From NCBI GenBank assembly GCA_965602015.1, contig OZ271918.1, positions 1,824,001-1,888,000 of the forward strand: DNA of 64,000 nt. Reading direction: 5' to 3'. The translations under genes and the position numbers were made by a program. Positions within the stretch are counted from its first letter, which is position 1. Every line of letters begins with the position of its first letter. The stretch is from Salinispira sp. (GTDB lineage: Bacteria > Spirochaetota > Spirochaetia > DSM-27196 > Salinispiraceae). This document shows, one piece after another, positions 10,858 to 21,811 of this stretch. The notes beneath the pieces are model-generated. The model worked only from the letters and a program-made list of their open reading frames with translations. It had not been told where the DNA came from and searched no databases.

Positions 10858-12324
10858 TTATCCCCGCAGGTTGCTGGAACCATTGAGGTAGATATCAATG
10901 GCCTTCGCAGCCCCGCGCCCTTCATTTATCGCCCATACGATCAGACTTTGTCCGCGCCGTGCATCCCCTGCAGCGAATACCTTGTCGATGCTCGTGGCAT
11001 ACTGACCGTACTCTGCCTTGAAATTACTGCGTTGATCGGTTTCCAGTTCGAGTTCCTCGGCCAGGTACTGTTCCGGACCGAGGAATCCAAGGGCAAGGAA
11101 AACAAGATCTGCTTCCCAGGTTTCTTCGCTCCCGGGAATTTCCTCGAAGCTTGGCCGCTCGCCGGGTTTTTTGCTCCACTTCACCCGGACAGTTTTTAAG
11201 GCTTTTAGATTGCCCTCTTCATCACCGACAAATTCCTTGGTGAGGATATCGTACTCCCTGGGGTCCCGGCCGAAGGCATTTTCCGCCTCCTGATGTCCGT
11301 AATCCGACTTTTCAAGCCTCGGATAGGTCGGCCAGGGCTGAGACGCATCGCGGAGCTTGGGCGGACGGCTGAGCAGCTCAAAGTTTATCACGCTGATGGC
11401 GCCATGCCGGACAGAGGTTCCAATGCAGTCGTTGCCCGTATCCCCGCCGCCGATGACAACGACTTTTTTGCCCTTGGCGGATATGTACTGTCCGTCGGAA
11501 AGCCGGGAGTTCAAAAGACTCTTGGTGTTCGCAGTGAGAAAATCCATGGCGAAGTGCACGCCGTTCAATTCCCTGCCGGGGACCGGCAGGTCCCGGGGTT
11601 TTGTCGCCCCGGCGGCAAGCAACACTGCGTCATGGTTTTCCCGAAGTTCGGATGACGAAATGTCAACGCCCACATTCACTCCGGTACGAAATTCAACGCC
11701 TTCCTCGGCCATCAGATTGACCCGCCGTTCTACAACGGTTTTATCGAGCTTCATGTTGGGTATGCCGTACATTAGAAGGCCCCCGATTCTGTCTGCCCGC
11801 TCGTATACTGTTACGGTATATCCGGCCTGATTTAACTCATCTGCAGCGGCCAGACCCGCGGGTCCCGAACCGACAACCGCCACAGTTTTCCCGTTGCGAT
11901 AGCGCGGCGGCCGGGGCTGAACGAGCCCTGAAGTCCATGCCCGGTCGATTATTGCGGCTTCATTGTCCTTGATGGTCACCGCGGGCTCGTTTATGCCCAG
12001 CACGCATGCGGTTTCGCAGGGTGCGGGGCAGACTCTCCCGGTGAACTCCGGGAAGTTATTGGTGAGTCTGAGCCGCCAGTATGCCTCTTCCCAACGGCCG
12101 TGATACACCAAATCGTTCCACTCGGGAATCAGGTTGTGAACGGGGCAGCCGTAACTGGATTGACAGAAGGGCACGCCGCAGTCCATGCAGCGGGCCCCCT
12201 GCTCCTGACGCTTTTTATCATCGTGCTCTATCTGGAATTCATCAAAGTCCCGGGAGCGCTCCTCAGGATTTCTCCATCGGACCTTGTCGCGTTCTATTTC
12301 TAAAAAACCGGTGGGCTTACCCAT
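10858..12324 (-). CDS. gltD: Glutamate synthase small subunit
   Basis: MGKPTGF start; [56 protein letters not shown]. Confidence 0.97.
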   Translation of the reverse strand: MGKPTGFLEIERDKVRWRNPEERSRDFDEFQIEHDDKKRQEQGARCMDCGVPFCQSSYGCPVHNLIPEWNDLVYHGRWEEAYWRLRLTNNFPEFTGRVCPAPCETACVLGINEPAVTIKDNEAAIIDRAWTSGLVQPRPPRYRNGKTVAVVGSGPAGLAAADELNQAGYTVTVYERADRIGGLLMYGIPNMKLDKTVVERRVNLMAEEGVEFRTGVNVGVDISSSELRENHDAVLLAAGATKPRDLPVPGRELNGVHFAMDFLTANTKSLLNSRLSDGQYISAKGKKVVVIGGGDTGNDCIGTSVRHGAISVINFELLSRPPKLRDASQPWPTYPRLEKSDYGHQEAENAFGRDPREYDILTKEFVGDEEGNLKALKTVRVKWSKKPGERPSFEEIPGSEETWEADLVFLALGFLGPEQYLAEELELETDQRSNFKAEYGQYATSIDKVFAAGDARRGQSLIVWAINEGRGAAKAIDIYLNGSSNLRG

Positions 12325-15300
12325 GAACGGCCTCCTTGCTCGCTGTTTTCGCCGTCGCCGATACCTGGGACGCATCCCGTTGGACGCGCATCTCCAGGAC
12401 CCGACGGTATGCCGGACTGATCACCTTGACGAACCGGGCGGTCTCTGTTTCCCAGTTATCGAGGATTTCCTGTGCCCGGGCGGAACCGGTCCAATCCAGG
12501 TGTTCCTCAATAAGGGCCCGCACCTGAGCTATTTCGTCCTTGTCCTGATCGGCCAAGGAGAATAGCTCGATCATGCCGGGATTGATGTTTTGCTCAAACT
12601 CGCCCTCGGGGTTCCAGATATATGCGATTCCCCCTGACATGCCGGCGCCGAAATTCCGTCCGGTTTTTCCGAGAATTACTGCCCGGCCTCCGGTCATGTA
12701 CTCACATCCGTGGTCTCCCACGCCCTCGATAACAACCTCGGCGCCGGAGTTCCTCACACAGAAGCGCTCGGCGGCCATGCCCCGGATAAAGGCCTTGCCC
12801 CTGATGGCGCCGTACAGCGCCACATTTCCGATGATGATGTTGTCTTCGGCCTTAAAAACCGAGTGTTTCGGCGGATAGATGCTGACGGTTCCCCCCGAAA
12901 GGCCCTTGCCGACATAGTCGTTGGCGTCGCCTTCCAGCTCAAGAGTTACGCCGTGAGCGAGCCAGGCGGCAAAGCTCTGCCCCGCATGGCCCTTGAGCTT
13001 GATGTCCAGGGTGTTGTCTGGTAATCCGGCCAAACCGTAGCGCCTGGCGATTTCGTGGCTGAGCATGGTTCCCGCTGCCCGGTCGGTGTTGCGGATGCTC
13101 AGCTCGAGGTTCGTTTTGCGCTTTAAATTGATGGCGAGCTTTGAGAGCTCGATCAGACGGCGGTCAAGCACATGCTCTATGCCGTGCTCCTGGGGGATGC
13201 AGCAGATTGTGCCGCTCTTTGCCCGTTGGTTCATGGGCGGATTAAGCACTGCGGACAGATCGATGCCCTGGCTCTTCCAGTTTCGGACCGCCTCGTCTGA
13301 TTCGACCAAATCAACCCGGCCTACCAGCTCGTCAATGCTTCGAACGCCGAGGCTGGCCATCAACTCCCGGGTCTCCTCCGCGATGAAACGGAAAAAATTA
13401 ACCACGTGCTGGGGGTCGCCGGCGAATTTTTTTCGAAGCCTCTCGTCCTGAGTGGCCACGCCGACGGGACAGGTGTTTTTCTGACACTTGCGCATCATGA
13501 TGCAGCCCATGGTAATTAAGGCGCTGGTCGCAAAGCCGAACTCCTCGGCGCCAAGAATTGCAGCAATGACCACGTCCCGTCCGGTTTTGAGCTGACCGTC
13601 GGTCTGCAGCACTACCCGGCTTCTGAGGTCATTCATCACCAGCGTCTGGTGGGTCTCCGCAATGCCCAGTTCCCATGGCAGACCGGCGTGTTTTATGCCG
13701 GTCAAGGGGCTGGCGCCGGTTCCGCCGTCATGCCCGGAGATGAGAATATGGTCCGCGTGGCCTTTGGCAACTCCCGCAGCTATGGTTCCCACCCCGACTT
13801 TTGAAACCAGCTTAACGCTGATCCGCGCCTTGGGATTTGAGTTTTTCAAATCGAAGATGAGCTGGGCCAGGTCTTCGATGGAGTAAATATCGTGATGAGG
13901 CGGCGGACTTATCAGACCGACACCGGGAGTGGTGTGCCGGGTATTGGCGATTACTTCGAATACCTTATGTCCCGGAAGTTCCCCGCCCTCGCCGGGCTTC
14001 GCGCCCTGAGCCATTTTTATCTGAATTTCATCGGCATTTGCCAGGTACTCGTTGGTTACCCCGAAACGGCCCGAAGCCACCTGTTTAATGGCCGATCGCT
14101 TGCTGTCGCCGTTCGGCAACGGCGTGAAGCGGCTGGTCATTTCACCGCCCTCGCCGGTATTCGATTTCCCGCCGATTCGGTTCATGGCGATTGCCAGCGT
14201 TTCATGGGCCTCCTGGCTGATGGAACCAAAACTCATTGCACCGCTGGCAAAGCGCGTGAGAATTTCTTCAACAGGCTGCACTTCATCCAGCGGAATGGGC
14301 TCGAGACCGTCCTTGAATTTTAACATACCCCGCAGGGTGTACTGATTTTTGCTGCGCTGATTCTGCCGTTGGCTGAACTGGCTGAACATCGCCCGGTCAT
14401 TATTGCGCACCGCAATCTGCAGGCTGGCGATGGATTCGGCGTCCCACATATGTCCTTCGCCGCCGTGCCGGACCGAATAGTCACCGGGATTCAAATACTC
14501 ATCTCCGACGGTCGGATTTCCGCTTGGAAAGGCCAAATCATGTCGGCGTTGGCATTCCTCGGCTATTTGGCCGAATCCCGCCCCTTCTATACGGCTTGAG
14601 GTTCCGGTAAAGCATTTTTCTACGACTTCAGTGGCCAGTCCAACTGCTTCGAATATTTGGGCCCCTTTATAGGATTCCAGGGTGGAGATGCCCATTTTGC
14701 CAAATACCTTTTGCATGCCGTACTCAATGGCCCTCAGGTAATCGTCTGCGATTTTTTCCCGGCTCAACTCTCCGTCCAGGAGTTCGTCATCCTGCATTTT
14801 CCACATGGCCTCGAAGGCCAAATAGGGGTTAATCGCGTCGGCGCCGAAACCAGTGAGGGTACAAAAATGATGTACCTCCCGGGGCTCGGCGGATTCGAGA
14901 ACCAGGCCGATCTGGGTGCGTTTATGCTGATTTACCAGATACTGATGCACAGCTCCAACCGCCAGGAGGGCGGGAATAGGAATTGCGCTGCGGCCGGCTT
15001 CCCTGTCGGATAATATAACCAGCGAATACCCCTCTCTGATGGCCTGTTCGGCCTCGTTGCAGATTCTGTCCAGAGCACTGATCAGGCCGGATTTTCCAGA
15101 GCGCACAGGATAGCTAATGTCTATGGTGCGGCTTTTCCAGCCGCGGTAATCGATGGATTTGAGGGCCGCAAGCTGATCGTTTGTGATCACCGGCTCTTCG
15201 AGCATAAGACGGTGGGCATGGGCCTCGCCGGGCTCCAGGATGTTCCCCTCCGGTCCGATATAACTCTTCAGGCTCATAATTACCGACTCCCGTACCGAGT

Positions 15301-16897
15301 CGATAGGCGGATTGGTGACTTGAGCAAAGAGCTGCTTGAAATAATCGTACAGCATCCTCGGGTTATCACTGAGAACCGCCAAAGGAGCGTCATTACCCAT
15401 GGAACCCAGGGGCTCCTTGGCCAATTCAGCCATAGGCTTGAGCACTTCCAGCAGATGTTCCCAGGTGAAGCCGTTGAGCTTCAGCCGTTGAAGCAGGCTG
15501 CGCTCATCCAGGTCGGCCACCTCTTGGGGAACGGGAATCTCTCCTATGGTAAGACGCTGGGACTCAAGCCATTGGCCGTAGGGCTTGGCCGCGCTGTAAC
15601 GGGCTTTTAATTCTTCATCGTCGATTATCCGGCCTTCATCGAAATTTACCAGGAACATCCGGCCGGGCTGCAGCCTGCCCTTTGCGGTGATCTTCTCTTC
15701 GGGGATATCGAGAACACCGACCTCGGAGGCCATGACGACCACATCGTCGTCGGTGACGTAGTAGCGGCTCGGCCTCAGGCCGTTTCTGTCCAGGGTGGCG
15801 CCGATGTAGCTTCCGTCGGTAAATACAATAGAAGCCGGCCCGTCCCAGGGTTCCATCATGGTTGAGAAGTACTCGTACATGGCCTTTTTCTTCTGGTCCA
15901 TGGTGGGATGGCGCTGCCAGGCTTCAGGGATCATCATCATGACTGCTTCGGGCAACTCTCTGCCCGTCATGATAAGCAGTTCGAGCACGTTGTCGAAATT
16001 CCCCGAGTCCGATAGGTCAGGTTCATTCACCGGAAAACTGCTTTCCAGGCGTTCTCCGAAATCACTGCTTCGCAGAGTGCCCTCCCGGCTCCGCATTTTG
16101 TTCACATTGCCGCGAAGCGTGTTTATTTCGCCGTTATGGCTCATATAGCGCAGAGGTTGGGCCCGGTCCCAGCTGGGAAACGTATTGGTGGAGAACCGGC
16201 TATGAACCATCGCCAGGTGGGAGGCAAAGCCCTCATCCTCCAGGTCGGGAAAGTAATGGAAGAGCTGTTCGGGCATGAGCATACCCTTGTACACCAAAAC
16301 CCTGGTAGAAAGACTGCATACGTAAAAGAAGTCTTCGGGATCAAACTCTTCGCTTCCCCGTACGAGATGGGTAATCCGTTTGCGCAGGAGAAAGAGGGCT
16401 TTTTCCAGATCATCCTGGCTGAGTCCCTCTGCGCTGATAAACGCAGTTTTAATAACCGGCTCCGAGGCCAGGGCCGACGGGCCGATCAGGGAATTGTCGG
16501 TGGGCACATCGCGCCACCCGAGCAGTTTTACCCCTTCCTCCTTCGCAATGAGCTCGAATTCACGAATACATTTGGCCCTGAGGGTATCTTCCTGGGGAAG
16601 AAAGATGAGGCCTGCACCGTAGCTGCCCGGTGCCGGCAGGCTTATGCCGGACTTTTTAGCGGCCCTGTGAAGAAAATCATGGGGCATAGCAGTCAGGATT
16701 CCCGCCCCGTCACCGGTATTTTTTTCAGAACCGACAGCTCCCCGGTGAGTCATTCGAATGAGGATTTCTTCGGCGTCTTTTACTATTTTATGGCTTGCCT
16801 TCCCGTTGATATGGGCAATAAAACCCACACCGCAGGCATCGTGCTCAAATTGAGGATCGTACAGCCCCTGCTTTTTCGGACGTTGTCTGAATACCAT
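12317..16897 (-). CDS. gltB: Glutamate synthase large subunit
   Basis: [46 protein letters not shown]-terminal domain; 1526 aa. Confidence 0.98.
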   Translation of the reverse strand: MVFRQRPKKQGLYDPQFEHDACGVGFIAHINGKASHKIVKDAEEILIRMTHRGAVGSEKNTGDGAGILTAMPHDFLHRAAKKSGISLPAPGSYGAGLIFLPQEDTLRAKCIREFELIAKEEGVKLLGWRDVPTDNSLIGPSALASEPVIKTAFISAEGLSQDDLEKALFLLRKRITHLVRGSEEFDPEDFFYVCSLSTRVLVYKGMLMPEQLFHYFPDLEDEGFASHLAMVHSRFSTNTFPSWDRAQPLRYMSHNGEINTLRGNVNKMRSREGTLRSSDFGERLESSFPVNEPDLSDSGNFDNVLELLIMTGRELPEAVMMMIPEAWQRHPTMDQKKKAMYEYFSTMMEPWDGPASIVFTDGSYIGATLDRNGLRPSRYYVTDDDVVVMASEVGVLDIPEEKITAKGRLQPGRMFLVNFDEGRIIDDEELKARYSAAKPYGQWLESQRLTIGEIPVPQEVADLDERSLLQRLKLNGFTWEHLLEVLKPMAELAKEPLGSMGNDAPLAVLSDNPRMLYDYFKQLFAQVTNPPIDSVRESVIMSLKSYIGPEGNILEPGEAHAHRLMLEEPVITNDQLAALKSIDYRGWKSRTIDISYPVRSGKSGLISALDRICNEAEQAIREGYSLVILSDREAGRSAIPIPALLAVGAVHQYLVNQHKRTQIGLVLESAEPREVHHFCTLTGFGADAINPYLAFEAMWKMQDDELLDGELSREKIADDYLRAIEYGMQKVFGKMGISTLESYKGAQIFEAVGLATEVVEKCFTGTSSRIEGAGFGQIAEECQRRHDLAFPSGNPTVGDEYLNPGDYSVRHGGEGHMWDAESIASLQIAVRNNDRAMFSQFSQRQNQRSKNQYTLRGMLKFKDGLEPIPLDEVQPVEEILTRFASGAMSFGSISQEAHETLAIAMNRIGGKSNTGEGGEMTSRFTPLPNGDSKRSAIKQVASGRFGVTNEYLANADEIQIKMAQGAKPGEGGELPGHKVFEVIANTRHTTPGVGLISPPPHHDIYSIEDLAQLIFDLKNSNPKARISVKLVSKVGVGTIAAGVAKGHADHILISGHDGGTGASPLTGIKHAGLPWELGIAETHQTLVMNDLRSRVVLQTDGQLKTGRDVVIAAILGAEEFGFATSALITMGCIMMRKCQKNTCPVGVATQDERLRKKFAGDPQHVVNFFRFIAEETRELMASLGVRSIDELVGRVDLVESDEAVRNWKSQGIDLSAVLNPPMNQRAKSGTICCIPQEHGIEHVLDRRLIELSKLAINLKRKTNLELSIRNTDRAAGTMLSHEIARRYGLAGLPDNTLDIKLKGHAGQSFAAWLAHGVTLELEGDANDYVGKGLSGGTVSIYPPKHSVFKAEDNIIIGNVALYGAIRGKAFIRGMAAERFCVRNSGAEVVIEGVGDHGCEYMTGGRAVILGKTGRNFGAGMSGGIAYIWNPEGEFEQNINPGMIELFSLADQDKDEIAQVRALIEEHLDWTGSARAQEILDNWETETARFVKVISPAYRRVLEMRVQRDASQVSATAKTASKEAVHG

Positions 16898-16979
16898 GTC
16901 TACTCCTATATTCCGCAGCCATCGGATTCATGACATTTTCGTAGGCCGCAGACAGGTTTTTGGCTAAGTAGTTTAAAGA

Positions 16980-16995
16980 TGCAAAAATAATGCCA
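16980..16995 (-). promoter_or_regulatory. Sigma54 (-24/-12) promoter of gltBD
   Basis: TGGCAT-TATTT-TTGCA, ~80 nt upstream of the gltB ATG, correct GG-N10-GC spacing. Confidence 0.75.
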
Positions 16996-17072
16996 AACAG
17001 ATGTTGACCGCGATAATATCCGAAAATACTCTTCGAGGTAAACAATTTCTCCCTGAAAAATCGATAAATATG

Positions 17073-17167
17073 CAAATAGTCGTCTATTTGTGCGAATTCT
17101 TACCGAAGTCGCGGGATTTTCCACAAATTCGTACTACATTTTGGTAGGCAAGACTACCATTTGGTAG
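17073..17167. promoter_or_regulatory. Palindromic candidate transcription-factor / enhancer sites
   Basis: CAAATAG-N4-CTATTTG (17073-90); CTACAT-TT-TGGTAG (17134-47) and CTACCA-TT-TGGTAG (17154-67), starts 20 bp apart. Confidence 0.55.
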
Positions 17168-17280
17168 ATTTTATAGCCATTGCCGGATAAAATAATATAA
17201 TTACTATATTTGCGCCAATTTATTTAGCACGATTAGTAAAATTGCGTAATGTTTTCTGTGTACATTGAGAATAAAAATAC

Positions 17281-17315
17281 AAAAAAAGCGGTGCATCGTA
17301 CATACGATGCACCGC
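17281..17315 (-). terminator. Rho-independent terminator of argS
   Basis: GCGGTGCATCGTA-N2-TACGATGCACCGC perfect inverted repeat followed by T7 on the minus strand. Confidence 0.9.
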
Positions 17316-17345
17316 CCTCTCTACAATACTGTTTTTTTATTGCGC

Positions 17346-19091
17346 TTACATCACTTCAAGAAAGGGTACATTTATCAGGTCGAATCCCGAGCGGAGGACC
17401 GCCCTTACCCCCCAAGCCAGATATAAGCGGGCATAACGCAAAGATTCATCGGGACAGTTAAGCACCGGGTGGTCGTGGTAAAAACGGGAAAAGGTCTTCC
17501 CCAGGTCGTAGAGGTATGCGGCGATTTGAGATGGATCGTAATCCGCTCCGGCGCTCTCCACCACCTCGGGGTAGCGCGCGAGGAGCTTCACCAACTCCCA
17601 CTCCTCGGGTTGCGTCAGGGACTCCCAACGGATTTCCTTTACGGGCGGAAGCTCGCTGTTGTACTTGCGAAACATGCTGGATATTCTCGCTCCAACGTAC
17701 TGAAGATAGGGACCGGTGTTTCCGTTGAACGAGAGGGATTCCCGGGGATTAAAAGTCATATCCTTTGCAGGGCTAATCTGCAGCAAGTAATAGTGGACGG
17801 CCGCCAAAGCAACCGCTTCAGCCGTTGCATCGGGATTCTCCAAGTCGGCGTCCCTGCCCTTTTCCCGGATTTCTTCCAGGGCCCCGTCATGCAGCTCGTC
17901 GAGAAGATTATCCGCATCCACAACCGTACCTTCGCGGCTCTTCATGCGTCCGTCGGGCAGGCTCACCATGCCGTAGGACAGATGGTATAGATTCTCAGCC
18001 CATTCGTAACCGAGTTTCTTCATTATGTGAAAAAGCACCCGGAAGTGATAATTCTGCTCGGACATAACCACATACACGAGTCTGGTAAAGGGCCAATCGC
18101 TGTGCCTGCTGATGGCGGTGCCGATGTCCTGTGTCATGTACACGCTGGTACCGTCTTTTCTCAGCAGCACTTTTTTATCGAGCTTAATGTCCTCCAGGTC
18201 GATCCAGATGGTGCCCTCTTCATCTTTATAAAAAGCTCCGTCACGCAGGCCCTGGAGCACGTTGTCCTTGCCAAGTTTATAAGTTTGATGCTCATAGTAA
18301 ATGTCGTCGAAGTGAATCCCCGTTCGTTTGTAGGTTTCTCCGATTCCGTCCAAGGCCCAGCGGTTCATTTTTTCCCAGAGCTCCAGGGTTGCCGGGTCTC
18401 CGGCCTCCCACTTCCCGAGCATTTCCTGGGACCGCCTCTCCGCATCCGGGTCGGAGGCAGCCATCTCGTTGTACTTAACATAGAAGTCGCCAACAAAGTG
18501 GTCGGACTTCCTCCCCTCGGATTCAGGGGTTTTCCCATCGCCGTGTTCGGCGTAGGCCAGCATGGAGCGGCAGATGTGAACACCACGGTCGTTTACCAGA
18601 TTGACTTTTTTTACCTCAGCGCCGTTCGCCTTCAGGATGCGGGCCACCGATTCCCCCAAGGCATTATTCCGCAGATGACCGAGATGAAGGGGTTTGTTGG
18701 TATTAGGCGAAGAAAACTCCACCATTATTTTTTCACCGGCAAATGATGATCCCCGGCCGTAGGCATCTCCCTGAACGCTCATGGCATCCAGGGTATCTTT
18801 GGCCAGGGCGGCGCGGTCAAGGCGCACATTTACATAGGGCCCGGCGGAAGCCGCCTCCATACCGTTCTCGCTCAGAGTTCGGGCGAGCTCAGCGGCGATT
18901 ACCGGAGGACCCATCCGCAAAATCTTGGCAAAAGGAAACATGGGAAATGCCAAATCCCCCAGCTGGGGATTCGGTGGGGTCTCCACCGCTATGAGCTCAA
19001 TAGGGACCGGGGTCTCGACATTCTTACTGTGGGCAAACTCGCTTATCGCCGCATGAACTGCGCCGATCATCGCTTCTTTGAAGGCTTTCAT
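17346..19091 (-). CDS. argS: Arginine--tRNA ligase
   Basis: VEFSSPNTNKPLHLGHLRN, MKSREGTVV, GNTGPYLQY, DALR anticodon-binding domain. Confidence 0.97.
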   Translation of the reverse strand: MKAFKEAMIGAVHAAISEFAHSKNVETPVPIELIAVETPPNPQLGDLAFPMFPFAKILRMGPPVIAAELARTLSENGMEAASAGPYVNVRLDRAALAKDTLDAMSVQGDAYGRGSSFAGEKIMVEFSSPNTNKPLHLGHLRNNALGESVARILKANGAEVKKVNLVNDRGVHICRSMLAYAEHGDGKTPESEGRKSDHFVGDFYVKYNEMAASDPDAERRSQEMLGKWEAGDPATLELWEKMNRWALDGIGETYKRTGIHFDDIYYEHQTYKLGKDNVLQGLRDGAFYKDEEGTIWIDLEDIKLDKKVLLRKDGTSVYMTQDIGTAISRHSDWPFTRLVYVVMSEQNYHFRVLFHIMKKLGYEWAENLYHLSYGMVSLPDGRMKSREGTVVDADNLLDELHDGALEEIREKGRDADLENPDATAEAVALAAVHYYLLQISPAKDMTFNPRESLSFNGNTGPYLQYVGARISSMFRKYNSELPPVKEIRWESLTQPEEWELVKLLARYPEVVESAGADYDPSQIAAYLYDLGKTFSRFYHDHPVLNCPDESLRYARLYLAWGVRAVLRSGFDLINVPFLEVM

Positions 19092-19126
19092 TTTGCAATC
19101 CTTTGGGTTATCTCCGCGTAGCTACA

Positions 19127-19969
19127 CTAGGGAGCCGCATAAACGGCAAGCATGCGTGAGTAATTCTCGCTGCCGTCCTGCCGGTATGAAAATAAACCAG
19201 AATGGGAGACTGTGCAACTGTCCCAGATATCCAGGCGCTCCAGGCCAATCTCCGTCGCCAGGGCAGTATTTGCCGCCCGTAGATCGAGATAACGGCCCTG
19301 CGCGGCAACCAGGCCGAATCTCCGAGAAAAAAGGCCTGCGCGATCCTGGGAGACCTGGTATTTTTGTGCGGAAATACAGGGTCCGAGAACCACCCGGGCT
19401 CCTATCCGCCTCAGTCCGGCGGTACCGAACAGGCGGCGGAGAATGCCCGTGCCCGCCCAGCCCGAGTGCAATAAGGCCCGGGAATCGCCCTGAGTCGCAA
19501 ATATGGGCATACAGTCGGCTACGGTTACCGCCAGATGAAGAGTCGGATCATTCGTTACAATGCCGTCGGCCTCTATGCTGAGAAGATCAGCCCAGTTTTG
19601 GCGAAACTCCCGGGCATTCCAGCTAAAGAGCGGAACCGGGAGATGTTCAATATACTCGTTCTCCTTCCATGCCGCCCCCAAGAGGCTGATCTGCCGATTG
19701 CCTTCTGAGTCGAGTTCGATGGAAAGGATATTCATGCTGTGAATTTGCATTGTGGAAATAAGGGGAAACCTTCCGGAGGGTCGGGTATGAGGGAGAAAAT
19801 CCCCCAGAATCTCTTGTCTCCGCGGGGCTCCGGAAATGCCTGAAGGGCCGGCGTCGCCGATTTTTCTGCCCGAAAGAATCATTGTCGGACGGCGGTATCT
19901 GTCTGTCCGGTTATCGAGTATGTACCAACCGGCGAGGTCAATCAGTTTATTACTGCGATGTATCTCCAC
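19127..19969 (-). CDS. pgeF: YfiH/PgeF (DUF152) purine nucleoside phosphorylase / polyphenol oxidase family
   Basis: QIHS, ADGIVT, VADCMPI, HSGWAG, GPCIS, CT...LFSYR; GTG at 19969 with GGAGG SD. Confidence 0.85.
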   Translation of the reverse strand: MEIHRSNKLIDLAGWYILDNRTDRYRRPTMILSGRKIGDAGPSGISGAPRRQEILGDFLPHTRPSGRFPLISTMQIHSMNILSIELDSEGNRQISLLGAAWKENEYIEHLPVPLFSWNAREFRQNWADLLSIEADGIVTNDPTLHLAVTVADCMPIFATQGDSRALLHSGWAGTGILRRLFGTAGLRRIGARVVLGPCISAQKYQVSQDRAGLFSRRFGLVAAQGRYLDLRAANTALATEIGLERLDIWDSCTVSHSGLFSYRQDGSENYSRMLAVYAAP

Positions 19970-20010
19970 CTTGCCTCCAGCCCCGCAATGGGTAAACTCC
20001 GAGGATAGCC

Positions 20011-20039
20011 TTGACAAAGACTGTCCATCCAGCGATTGT
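20011..20039 (+). promoter_or_regulatory. Probable sigma70 promoter of the cimA leader
   Basis: TTGACA-N17-GATTGT, perfect -35 and weak -10, just upstream of the leader ATG. Confidence 0.45.
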
Positions 20040-20049
20040 ATATACATAC

Positions 20050-20136
20050 ATGAATACGAATATTTTTGCATCAGCTTCCCGCAGCATCTCAACAATAATT
20101 GCCATTGCTCTCATTATTATTGACCGAAGCAGCTAA
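20050..20136 (+). CDS. Ile-rich attenuator leader peptide MNTNIFASASRSISTIIAIALIIIDRSS (28 aa)
   Basis: Manual translation; 8 Ile codons, 6 of them in a 9-codon run; followed by a terminator and then cimA. Confidence 0.85.
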   Translation: MNTNIFASASRSISTIIAIALIIIDRSS

Positions 20137-20156
20137 GCGGGGGCACATGCAGCGAG

Positions 20157-20187
20157 AAGCCGCTTCCCCGGGAAGCGGCTTTTTTTT
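20157..20187 (+). terminator. Attenuator terminator upstream of cimA
   Basis: AAGCCGCTTCC-CCG-GGAAGCGGCTT with an 8-T run, ~50 nt before the cimA ATG. Confidence 0.9.
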
Positions 20188-20239
20188 GGAAAAAATATTT
20201 CTGCAGCCGGAACTATGTTAAACCCGGCGAGGAGGAACC

Positions 20240-21808
20240 ATGGGCAGGAAAATAGCGATTTTTGATACAACGCTTCGCGACGGCATGCAGGGAATCGAAA
20301 TCAATTATACCCTGGAAGACAAACTTGAAATCGCCCAGCGATTGGATGCACTGGGAATTGATTACATCGAGGGCGGCTTCCCCATGAGCAATGAAAAGGA
20401 AGCAGAGTTTTTTCGCAGAGTGAAAACAATGAATTTCCGCCACTCGTCGATTGCAAGTTTCGGGTCCACCCGTAAAGCCGGGGGGTCGGCGGACAGCGAT
20501 GGCCACATCCGAGCCCTTCTCGAAGCGGAAACGCCAACGGTAGTGGTGGTGGGCAAGACCTGGACAGAACACGTCACCAAGGTCATCGGCACAGACCTGG
20601 AAGAAAACCTGAGGATGATTGCCGATTCCATCGGCTTTCTGAAAAAACAGGACCGCGAGGTGGTATTCGATCTGGAACATTTTTTTGATGGCTACAAGGC
20701 AAACCCCGATTATGCCATAAAAGTGCTTTCCGCCGGACGGGATGCCGGCGCCGACGTTTTGGTTCCCTGCGACACCAACGGGGGAACCCTTCCCCACGAA
20801 GTCCAGCAGATCTATCGGGACCTGGTGAGCGCCGGATTTGAAAATCTCGGCGGACATTTCCACAACGACTGCGGTACCGCGGTGGCGAATAGTCTCGCCG
20901 CTGTAAACGAAGGCGCGAACCACATACAGGGCACCATCAACGGCTGGGGCGAGCGCTGCGGAAACGCCAATCTCTGCGCCATTATGCCGAATCTCACCCT
21001 GAAAATGGATTACGAGGCCAACTGCAAACCTCACATGATGCACCTCACTTCAATGAGCCGATTCGTCGCCGAAAAAGCAAACATCATCCCGGACAAACGT
21101 CAGGCCTTCGTCGGCGTGGCGGCATTCTCCCACAAGGCCGGGCAGCATGCCGACGTCATAATAAAGGCCCCCCACCTCATGGAGCAATTGGACGGAAAGC
21201 TGGTTGGAAACTCCCGGCAGGTGCTGCTCAGCGAGCTGGCGGGCAAATCCACCATAATGGAAAAACTTAAAAAGTACGGTGATTTTTCTAAAAACGACGA
21301 TGTGGTTAAGCAGCTCATCGAGGAATTAAAGCGAAGGGAAAATGACGGCTATGAGTACGAGGCAGCCGAGGCGAGCTTCGATCTTCTAATGCGCAAGGCT
21401 CTCGGCAAATACACTTCTCTTGTTCAACTTAAGAATTATCATCTTGAAAGCTACAAAACCGCCAGCGCGCAGAGCCACACTGTCGGTCGGATGTTCCTCG
21501 ACGATGACGGAACCGAGGTGATGGGAGCCGCGGTAGGAGTGGGACCGGTGGAAACCCTGGACGGCGCCCTTCGAAACGCCCTGTATCCCCACTATCCCCT
21601 TTTGAAAAATGTCAAACTCATCGACTACCGCGTGAGGGTTCTCAACCCCGAGAGCGCATCGGCAGCGAAGGTCAGGGTTTTTATAACCAGTTCGGACGGA
21701 ACAAGGGACTGGGGTACCGTGGGGGTGAATGAAAACATCGTCGAGGCCAGCTGGGAAGCTCTTCTGGACAGTTTTGAATACTACCTCAACAACGACGTCG
21801 AGCCGTAA
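20240..21808 (+). CDS. cimA: Citramalate synthase (LeuA/CimA DRE-TIM family)
   Basis: DTTLRDGMQG, IEGGFPMSN, FGSTR, VVGKTW..HV, FDLEHFFDG, CDTNGG, HFHNDCG, YEYEAAEASF, WGTVGV..NIVEASW, typical of the bacterial CimA subfamily. Confidence 0.88.
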   Translation: MGRKIAIFDTTLRDGMQGIEINYTLEDKLEIAQRLDALGIDYIEGGFPMSNEKEAEFFRRVKTMNFRHSSIASFGSTRKAGGSADSDGHIRALLEAETPTVVVVGKTWTEHVTKVIGTDLEENLRMIADSIGFLKKQDREVVFDLEHFFDGYKANPDYAIKVLSAGRDAGADVLVPCDTNGGTLPHEVQQIYRDLVSAGFENLGGHFHNDCGTAVANSLAAVNEGANHIQGTINGWGERCGNANLCAIMPNLTLKMDYEANCKPHMMHLTSMSRFVAEKANIIPDKRQAFVGVAAFSHKAGQHADVIIKAPHLMEQLDGKLVGNSRQVLLSELAGKSTIMEKLKKYGDFSKNDDVVKQLIEELKRRENDGYEYEAAEASFDLLMRKALGKYTSLVQLKNYHLESYKTASAQSHTVGRMFLDDDGTEVMGAAVGVGPVETLDGALRNALYPHYPLLKNVKLIDYRVRVLNPESASAAKVRVFITSSDGTRDWGTVGVNENIVEASWEALLDSFEYYLNNDVEP

Positions 21809-21811
21809 TCT

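Noticed and set aside
16906..17461. Small ORFs in the gltB-argS intergenic region
   Set aside because: No supporting motifs; they overlap the promoter, palindromes and terminator
16136..18746. Long antisense ORFs over gltB and argS, and similar ones over carB, PBP1A and tyrS
   Set aside because: Overlap well-supported housekeeping genes on the opposite strand and have no protein motifs
19970..20095. N-terminal 42 codons of the 322 aa ORF-track call
   Set aside because: The better start is GTG 19969 with a GGAGG SD; the extension overlaps the cimA promoter and leader
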